A DNA stretch of 44,465 nucleotides, taken from contig CAXTVB010000001.1 in assembly GCA_964247555.1 (NCBI GenBank), positions 1 through 44,465 of the forward strand, read 5' to 3'. Every line of letters starts with the position of its first letter. The first letter of the stretch is position 1. Source of the DNA: an uncultured Sphingomonas sp. (lineage in GTDB: Bacteria > Pseudomonadota > Alphaproteobacteria > Sphingomonadales > Sphingomonadaceae). The notes beneath the pieces were generated by a model, which saw only the letters and a program-made list of their open reading frames with translations, was not told where the DNA came from and did no database searches. The position numbers and the translations under genes are program-made. Of the stretch, positions 34,597 to 44,465 are shown in pieces.

Positions 34597-35057
34597 TGCG
34601 CTGCCCCTTTTGCGGCCATGAAGACAGCCAGGTAAAGGACAGTCGCCCCACCGAGGACGCCGCCGCGATCCGGCGGCGTCGCCAGTGCGAGGGCTGTGCC
34701 GCGCGGTTCACCACGTTCGAGCGGATCCAGCTGCGCGACCTGATCGTCCTGAAATCGGAGGATCGGCGCGAGCCGTTCGATCGCGAGAAATTGCTGCGAT
34801 CGGTCTCGATCGCCACGCGCAAGCGGCCGATCGACGCGATCCGGATCGAGAAGCTGGTGTCCGGCATCCAGCGTCGCCTGGAAACGCTGGGCGAGGGCGA
34901 GGTGACGTCGCAGCGGATCGGCGAGATGGTGATGGAGGGGCTGAAGGGCCTCGATTCGGTCGCCTATATCCGCTTCGCCAGCGTCTACCGCGACTTCAGC
35001 GAGGCGCGCGATTTCGAGGAGTTCGCCGGTTCGGTCGAGGAGATCGGTCGCCAATGA
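34596..35057 (+). CDS. nrdR: Transcriptional repressor NrdR
   Basis: MRCPFC...[10 protein letters not shown]...RFTTFER; [10 protein letters not shown]. Confidence 0.97.
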   Translation: MRCPFCGHEDSQVKDSRPTEDAAAIRRRRQCEGCAARFTTFERIQLRDLIVLKSEDRREPFDREKLLRSVSIATRKRPIDAIRIEKLVSGIQRRLETLGEGEVTSQRIGEMVMEGLKGLDSVAYIRFASVYRDFSEARDFEEFAGSVEEIGRQ

Positions 35058-35815
35058 CCGATGGCCCGACCGATGATTTGCGCGACCCCGGCCCCCTCGC
35101 CCCGCAACCCGTCATCGTCCTGGTCCGGCCGCAACTGGCGGAGAATATCGGCAAGGCGGCGCGCGCGATGCTGAATTTCGGGCTGACCGAGCTACGGCTC
35201 GTCGCCCCGCGCGACGGCTGGCCCAACCCCGCCGCCGCGCCGGCATCGAGCGGCGCCGATCGGGTGCTGGCGGAGGCCGGGCTTTACCCCGATCTCGCGT
35301 CGGCGATCGCGGATTGCCCCAATGTCTATGCGACCACAGTGCGCAAACGCGGCGTGACCAAGCCGGTGGTGACACCCGAACAGGCGGCACGCGACATCCA
35401 TGCGAGTCCCGCGCGCACCGCGATCCTGTTCGGTCCCGAGCGGTCCGGGCTGGAGACCGACGACGTCGCGGTCGCGCGGTCGATCATCACGGTGCCGATC
35501 AACCCGCAATTCGGATCGCTGAACCTCGCCCAGGCGGTGATCCTGGTCGCGTATGAATGGTCCAAGCACATCGCCCTCGCGCAGCCGCCCGAAACCGAAT
35601 TACCGCCCCCCGCGCCCCAGGAGGAGCTGGACGGCATGATCGCGCAACTCGACGCGATGTTGTCGGAGACGGGCTATTTCTTTCCCCCGGACCGTGCGGT
35701 CAGCACCCGGCGCACCCTGCGCACGCTGCTGACGAAACCCGCATGGTCGAGCCAGGAAGTGCGGACCATGCGCGGCGTGCTGTCGACGCTCGACCGGCCC
35801 CGGACGCGGCGGTGA
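35054..35815 (+). CDS. trmJ: TrmJ/LasT family SPOUT RNA methyltransferase
   Basis: [38 protein letters not shown]. Confidence 0.88.
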   Translation: MTDGPTDDLRDPGPLAPQPVIVLVRPQLAENIGKAARAMLNFGLTELRLVAPRDGWPNPAAAPASSGADRVLAEAGLYPDLASAIADCPNVYATTVRKRGVTKPVVTPEQAARDIHASPARTAILFGPERSGLETDDVAVARSIITVPINPQFGSLNLAQAVILVAYEWSKHIALAQPPETELPPPAPQEELDGMIAQLDAMLSETGYFFPPDRAVSTRRTLRTLLTKPAWSSQEVRTMRGVLSTLDRPRTRR

Positions 35816-35851
35816 GCGGCTTAGCGTCCGTTTCGCTCGAACAGCGATGAT

Positions 35852-35930
35852 GTTCTACCGCGAAAGCGGGAGCCCAGGGTCATGCAGGACGACGCTTGTG
35901 GCCCTTGGGCCCCCGCTTTCGCGGGGGAAC
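35852..35930. repeat. Palindromic repeat (family C)
   Basis: gttc..ccgcgaaagcggg.gcccaggg / cccttgggcccccgctttcgcgg..gaac. Confidence 0.85.
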
Positions 35931-35949
35931 GGAAGGCTCGAACGCACGG

Positions 35950-36255
35950 TCAGTCCCGCGCGTCGAACGCGGCGAGTTCGTACGCGATCGACGCCTCGAC
36001 CAGTCGGTCCCAAAGCGCTGCGATCGGCGCCTCGGGCAGCCCCGCCGCCGTCGCCGCGGCCACCGCATTGGCGATGACCTCGCGCTTGCGGGCTTCGTCG
36101 CGGACGGCACCGCGATCCGGTTTGATCCGCGCCGCCGCGTCCATGTAGCCGAACCGGTGGACCAGCAGCGCGACCAGTTCACGGTCGACCTGATCGACGC
36201 CGGCGCGGACCTGTGTCATCGAGGTGCAATCGGGGCCGGGAATGCGATCGGTCAT
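35950..36255 (-). CDS. Chorismate mutase type II (AroQ/PchB-like)
   Basis: VRAGVDQVDRELVALL..RFGYMDAAARIK, VRDEAR, SIAYE. Confidence 0.88.
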   Translation of the reverse strand: MTDRIPGPDCTSMTQVRAGVDQVDRELVALLVHRFGYMDAAARIKPDRGAVRDEARKREVIANAVAAATAAGLPEAPIAALWDRLVEASIAYELAAFDARD

Positions 36256-36419
36256 GCCGCCTGATAATCGAGCGGGCGATGCTGTCTAGCCTCCCTCCCC
36301 GTTCGGCGCGGTCGCTTGCGGGCGATCGCGCTTGCAGGACAGTCATGCTGTCGATAATCGGAGGGCATCCGCGCAGGTCTGGCGATCGCACGGATATCCA
36401 TATGTTCGGGAGTTTCGAT

Positions 36420-36668
36420 ATGCGGTCTTTCACTTTCGTCGCACTGGCCGTCGCCGCGCTGGTCGCATCGCCGACGCTCGCCAAGGACAAGAAGCCCGTC
36501 GATCCGAACAAGAAAATCTGCCGACAGAGTGAAGTCACCGGATCGATCATGATGGGCAAGTCGGTCTGCCACACCGCCGCCGAATGGGCGCAGGTCGATC
36601 GGCAGAACGCATCCGATTCGGAAAGCGCGCGCGCGATTCTCCACCGTGGCAGCGTTGGCGCCCACTGA
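36420..36668 (+). CDS. Small exported protein (C-x6-TGS...C-x-T-xx-EW)
   Basis: GGGAG RBS, signal peptide MRSFTFVALAVAALVASPTLA, KKICRQSEVTGS...VCHTAAEW. Confidence 0.8.
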   Translation: MRSFTFVALAVAALVASPTLAKDKKPVDPNKKICRQSEVTGSIMMGKSVCHTAAEWAQVDRQNASDSESARAILHRGSVGAH

Positions 36669-36684
36669 TCCCGCCCGGCCGAGG

Positions 36685-36850
36685 TTGACCTTCGCGGCCT
36701 CTTCTGCCAAAGGCCGCGGCTTCGCGAATGGCTCCGCACCCCGGTGAAGCGGCAGCCCTGCCGACCGAAAGGTCTCAGCAGGCGACGACCGGGAATGACC
36801 CGCTCCAGCAATGGGGCGGGTTCGTCATTGGCACTTGCAAGGAATATCAT
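36685..36850 (+). promoter_or_regulatory. rpsD promoter and structured 5' leader
   Basis: -35 TTGACC at 36685; two GNRA-capped stems (36740-36793 and 36794-36829); AAGGA RBS. Confidence 0.55.
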
Positions 36851-37465
36851 ATGTCGAAGCGCAACAGCGCCAAGTACAAGCTCGACCGTCGCATGGGCGA
36901 GAACATCTGGGGTCGCCCGAAGAGCCCGGTCAACAAGCGCGAATATGGCCCCGGCCAGCATGGCCAGCGCCGCAAGGGCAAGGTCAGCGATTTCGGCATC
37001 CAGCTGCGCGCCAAGCAGAAACTCAAGGGCTATTACGGCGACGTGACCGAAAAGCAGTTCCGCGCCTGCTACCATGAGGCCGCCCGCATGAAGGGCGACA
37101 CCAGCCAGAACCTGATCGGCCTGCTCGAGCAGCGTCTCGACATGATCGTCTACCGCGCGAAGTTCGCGCCGACCGTGTTCGCCGCACGCCAGTTGGTCAG
37201 CCACGGCCACATCCGCGTCGACGGCGTGAAGTGCAACATCGCCTCGCGCCGCGTGTTCGCGGGGCAGGAGATTTCGCTGGGCACGAAGGCGCAGGAAATG
37301 GCGCTGGTCATGGAAGCGCAGGGCCTCGCCGAGCGCGAGATCCCCGATTACGTCGCGCCCGACGGCAACACGAAGATCACCTTCACCCGCGTGCCGACGC
37401 TGGACGAGGTGCCGTATCCGGTGAAGATGGAACCGAACCTGGTCGTGGAATTCTATTCGCGCTAA
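36851..37465 (+). CDS. rpsD: 30S ribosomal protein S4
   Basis: [49 protein letters not shown]. Confidence 0.97.
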   Translation: MSKRNSAKYKLDRRMGENIWGRPKSPVNKREYGPGQHGQRRKGKVSDFGIQLRAKQKLKGYYGDVTEKQFRACYHEAARMKGDTSQNLIGLLEQRLDMIVYRAKFAPTVFAARQLVSHGHIRVDGVKCNIASRRVFAGQEISLGTKAQEMALVMEAQGLAEREIPDYVAPDGNTKITFTRVPTLDEVPYPVKMEPNLVVEFYSR

Positions 37466-37549
37466 CGCGGAATAGAACGCGACGACCGGCCGGCGGTGCC
37501 CACACCGACCGAGGACGCGGGCTTCGCTCGCGGCACTGCCAGCCAGCAG

Positions 37550-37581
37550 AAAAGGGGCGGCCCATCGGGGCCGCCCCTTTT
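37550..37581. terminator. Bidirectional rho-independent terminator
   Basis: aaaaggggcggccc-atcg-gggccgcccctttt between convergent rpsD and the S9 peptidase. Confidence 0.9.
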
Positions 37582-37585
37582 CGTA

Positions 37586-39547
37586 TCATTTGATCCCCAT
37601 GTTCGCCCGCAGGAAGCCGTCCGTCTTGTCGAGCATGGCGGTGCGCGCCGCGCTGTCGTCGAGCTGGTGATCGAGCCCCTTGAACTCGACGAACTCCACC
37701 GGCTTGCCGGCACGGCGTAGCCGGCCGGCCATCAGGCGCGACTCGCCGATGCCGACATTCTGGTCCTTGTCGCCGTGGAACATCAGCACCGGTGCCTTGA
37801 ACCGCGCGGCGTTCTGCGCGGGGGAGCCTTCGCGGATATGCGGTCCCTTGCCGATGAACGCGTCGACCAGTTTGAAGTCGTTATAATTGTCGTGTTCATG
37901 CCGCAGCGTCTCGAGGTCGGTGACCGGTGCCACCGCCACGATCGCCTTGAACAGGTCGGGATCCAGCATCGCCGACTGCAGCGCGGCATAGCCGCCATAG
38001 GACCAGCCGACGATCGCGAGCTTGTCCGGCGCGGCGATGCCCTCCTTCACCAGCCAGCGGCCGCCGTCATTGACGTCCCCGATCGCGATCTTCCACGATT
38101 TGAAGCCGTTCTGCTGGAACCACGCATTGCCATAGCCCGTGGAGCCGCGGAAATTAGGCTGCAGCACGACATAGCCGCGGGCGGCGAAGAACTGGGCGAG
38201 CCAGTCGAAACCCCATTCGTCGCGGTCGCCCGGTCCCCCGTGCGGCATGACGATCGCCGGCAGGTTCTTTACCACCCCCGTCACCGGGACGGTCAGATAG
38301 GCGGGGATCTTCGTGCCGTCGGCGGCCGGAAAGGTGATCGCCTTGACCGGCGCCAGCGTCGTATTCAGGAGATCGGGCCGAACCTCGATGAGCGTGTCGA
38401 GATGACGCGTCTTCTTGTTGAAGATCATGTAACGGCCCGGATCGACGTCGCTGCCCGCCCACAGGAGGAGCTTGCCCTCGTCGGCGCTCGCATCCACGAA
38501 ACGCACCAGCGGTGCCCCGGGCAGCGCCTTGGACAGCGATGCCGACAGTTTCTTGAGATCGGGGTCGAAGAAATCGGTCTGGCGGCGATCGGTGACGAAA
38601 CTGACGCCGACCACGCGGTGCTGCCGACCGATGCGCACGAGCCCGCCGATATCGACATCGGGCCGCGCATAGACCAAGTCCCGTTTCAGGCTGCCGTCGA
38701 GCGCCATCTTGAACAACGCGACGCGCCCGTCCTGGTTGTCGAAGCCGTAGACGACGTCGAGCGCCGGATCGACCGCATAGGGATCGAAGCCGGTTTCGCT
38801 TTGGGAATCGTCGACGACCGTACTGAGCGGTAGCCATTTGTCGCTGCCGCTCTTGCGGTAGAGATAGCGGATTTGCGTTTTGTCATAGCCTTCGGCCGTC
38901 TTGGGCCGGATCCCGATGATCCGCACGGTGCCGCGACCGTCGGTGATATATTCCTTCGCATCCGCCTTCGGCGGTTCGACGATCTTGCGGCGAAGCGTTA
39001 GGGGATCGACCCGCTCCACCCCGATCCCCGGATGCGTCATCGACCCGGTCTCTTCGACGAACTGACGCGTCATCAGCACCGTGCCGCCGTTCGCATCGCC
39101 CTGCCAGTCGATCACATGGCCGCCGTTCTGCATCGGTCCGGTCGTCGCGTCGCTGACCCTTGCGGTCAGCACTTTCATGCCCGTCCCATCGGCGGCGACG
39201 GTGATGAGGCGATCGAACGCCATCATGTCGGTCGCCTTGCCCCTGGTGAAGCTGAGACCGCAGATCAGCTGTGCGTTGGTCGCCCATTGGCAGTAATCGA
39301 GCTGTTCGGTCACCCCATCGGAGGCGAGGATCGGCTTGAGCGGTGCCGATCGATCGATCGCGATGACAACGGCGCGCGTGCCGCGCCCGGCTACCGCCAG
39401 GACGGCCACGGCATGGGTGGCATCGGGCGACAGGCTGATCTGCTGGACGAATTCGCGCGCGCCGAACGCCTTCGCGGCGTCGCTTTGCGCCTGCGCGGTG
39501 ACAGCGAGCGACAACAGGACGCTGCCCGCGACCAACCGACTTTTCAT
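37586..39547 (-). CDS. S9 family (prolyl oligopeptidase-like) peptidase, exported
   Basis: Signal peptide; PHGGP, NFRGSTGYG, GWSYGG nucleophile, HGDKDQNV, catalytic His in GLDH. Confidence 0.93.
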   Translation of the reverse strand: MKSRLVAGSVLLSLAVTAQAQSDAAKAFGAREFVQQISLSPDATHAVAVLAVAGRGTRAVVIAIDRSAPLKPILASDGVTEQLDYCQWATNAQLICGLSFTRGKATDMMAFDRLITVAADGTGMKVLTARVSDATTGPMQNGGHVIDWQGDANGGTVLMTRQFVEETGSMTHPGIGVERVDPLTLRRKIVEPPKADAKEYITDGRGTVRIIGIRPKTAEGYDKTQIRYLYRKSGSDKWLPLSTVVDDSQSETGFDPYAVDPALDVVYGFDNQDGRVALFKMALDGSLKRDLVYARPDVDIGGLVRIGRQHRVVGVSFVTDRRQTDFFDPDLKKLSASLSKALPGAPLVRFVDASADEGKLLLWAGSDVDPGRYMIFNKKTRHLDTLIEVRPDLLNTTLAPVKAITFPAADGTKIPAYLTVPVTGVVKNLPAIVMPHGGPGDRDEWGFDWLAQFFAARGYVVLQPNFRGSTGYGNAWFQQNGFKSWKIAIGDVNDGGRWLVKEGIAAPDKLAIVGWSYGGYAALQSAMLDPDLFKAIVAVAPVTDLETLRHEHDNYNDFKLVDAFIGKGPHIREGSPAQNAARFKAPVLMFHGDKDQNVGIGESRLMAGRLRRAGKPVEFVEFKGLDHQLDDSAARTAMLDKTDGFLRANMGIK

Positions 39548-39673
39548 TGCCGCCCCCCATGCTGACCGCTTCGATCTTACGCCAGGGCGGCGTCATCGCA
39601 AGAGCGTATGCTTGCGTCCGTTTCGTACCGCTGGCATTCGGTAATCTCTCTGTCGAGACCCGGAGCCTTGCCG

Positions 39674-42276
<2,603 letters not shown>

Positions 42277-42308
42277 CGGGCCATGACCGCGGGCCCTATC
42301 TGCGCCCC

Positions 42309-43157
<849 letters not shown>

Positions 43158-43245
43158 TTCCCGTTCTCCTGCGAACGCAGGAGCGCAGGGCAACGAAGCG
43201 CGCCGCTTGCGACCCCGGGTTCCTGCGTTCGCGGGAACACGGGAA
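43158..43245. repeat. Palindromic repeat (family C)
   Basis: ttcccgt...cctgcgaacgcagga / tcctgcgttcgcggg...cgggaa; between convergent genes. Confidence 0.8.
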
Positions 43246-43249
43246 GCCC

Positions 43250-44464
43250 CTACCCCGCATAGGCCTTCACCAGGTCGAACAGATAATCCCGCCCCTCATA
43301 CAAGGACTTGACCGGAATCCGCTCGTTCAGCCCGTGGATGCCATCCAAATCCTTGTCGAGGAAGATCCCCGGCGCGCCATAGACCGGGATGCCGATCGCC
43401 TCGAAGAAGATGCCGTCGGTCGCCCCCGTCGACATCACGGGCACGAGGGGCACGCCGGGGAAATGCTTGGCCGCCACCGCCTTGGCCGGTCCCACGATCT
43501 TGGGATCGAGCGTGGGCGGGATCGCGGTCGGTCGGATCGGGGCATTCGCGGTCACCGTCACCTTCGGCCCCGCCAGTCGCTTGAGGACGGCGAGCGTCGC
43601 GTCGACGGTCTCGCCCGGGAAGATCCGGCAATTGACGTTCGCGGTCGCGCGCTGCGGCAAGGCGTTTTCGGCATGGCCGGCGCTCAGCAGCGTCGCGACG
43701 CAGGTGGTGCGCAGCGTCGAGTGCAGCCCCTTGTCGCTGCTGACGATCCTGTCCGCCGCCTTGTCGTTCGGATTCGCGAGCAGCGCGCGGATCGCGTCGG
43801 CCATCGGCTTGGGGCTCGCCGCCGCGGTCGCCAAGAAGGTGGCGCGCGTCGTGTCGGTGAAGCGAACCGGGAATTCATACCCCTTCACCGCCTCCAGCGC
43901 GTCGGCGATCTCGTAGATCGCGTTCGCGGGCGTCGGTTGCGAGCTGTGCCCGCCCGGGTTGGTCGCGGTGAAGGTATAATTCTGCGCCGCCTTCTCGCCG
44001 ACCTGGATCGCCAGCACCTCGCGCTTGCCGTCGTCGGTCAGCCGCCCCCCGCCGCCTTCGTTCAAGGCGAATTCGGCGGCGATCAGGTCGGGCCTGTTCT
44101 TCGCCAGCCATTCCGCGCCGTCGAACGCGAAGGTCGTCTCCTCGCCGCAGGTCAGCGCCAGCTTGATCGTGCGCTTGGGCACATAATGCGACTGCTTGAA
44201 CCGGATCATCGTATCCGCCCACACCGCCGCCATCGCCTTGTCGTCGACGGTGCCGCGGCCGTAATAATAGCCGTTTTCCTCGACCAGCTTGAACGGATCG
44301 CGCTGCCAGTCCTCGCGCTTGGCCTCCACCACGTCGAGATGCGCGAGCAGCAGCATCGGCTTCAGCGTCGGATCGCTGCCCGGCAGGATCGCGACCAGCC
44401 CGCCGTCCTTCGGGTGATCGGGTACCGAAAAGGGGATGTTGTCGCGCGCGGGATAGCCCGCATC
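43250..44464 (-). CDS. M20/M25/M40 family metallo-hydrolase (5' end outside window)
   Basis: LLAHLDVV, YGRGTVDDK, GEE, NEGGG, GGHSS, GATD, HGLNER; frame is open to the window edge. Confidence 0.92.
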   Translation of the reverse strand, partial: DAGYPARDNIPFSVPDHPKDGGLVAILPGSDPTLKPMLLLAHLDVVEAKREDWQRDPFKLVEENGYYYGRGTVDDKAMAAVWADTMIRFKQSHYVPKRTIKLALTCGEETTFAFDGAEWLAKNRPDLIAAEFALNEGGGGRLTDDGKREVLAIQVGEKAAQNYTFTATNPGGHSSQPTPANAIYEIADALEAVKGYEFPVRFTDTTRATFLATAAASPKPMADAIRALLANPNDKAADRIVSSDKGLHSTLRTTCVATLLSAGHAENALPQRATANVNCRIFPGETVDATLAVLKRLAGPKVTVTANAPIRPTAIPPTLDPKIVGPAKAVAAKHFPGVPLVPVMSTGATDGIFFEAIGIPVYGAPGIFLDKDLDGIHGLNERIPVKSLYEGRDYLFDLVKAYAG

Positions 44465-44465
44465 G

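Overview
GC-rich alphaproteobacterial chromosome segment. Gene content and protein sequences point to Sphingomonadaceae, probably Sphingomonas (inference). Most genes are core or housekeeping: motAB, mucR, msrA, kup, udg, folK, tRNA-Lys(TTT), divK, rpmG, dps, a two-domain cold-shock protein, terC, rnd-lptCAB-rpoN, an ECF sigma/anti-sigma pair, rpiB-glyA-nrdR-trmJ, rpsD, three peptidases and aguAB. All four genes of the ligase-associated DNA damage response system (phosphoesterase, ATP-dependent ligase, MBL exonuclease, Lhr-like helicase) are present but scattered over about 28 kb. About 15 REP/REPIN-like palindromic elements fill the intergenic gaps. I found no integrase, transposase, prophage or CRISPR array. 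The best candidate for an undescribed system is a two-gene membrane locus after tRNA-Lys (7419-10753). Its first protein carries the STT3/PglB/AglB oligosaccharyltransferase catalytic motifs in the right order and spacing, but the sequon-binding WWDYG motif reads PIDAG. The second gene looks like another GT-C glycosyltransferase. Other leads are a pseudo-HPt-like protein with a CtrA-like box near divK, a 62-aa four-cysteine protein under an EcfG-like promoter, an unknown gene behind a Fur-like box, and a structured rpsD leader. All family calls were made by eye from motifs; no database searches were run.
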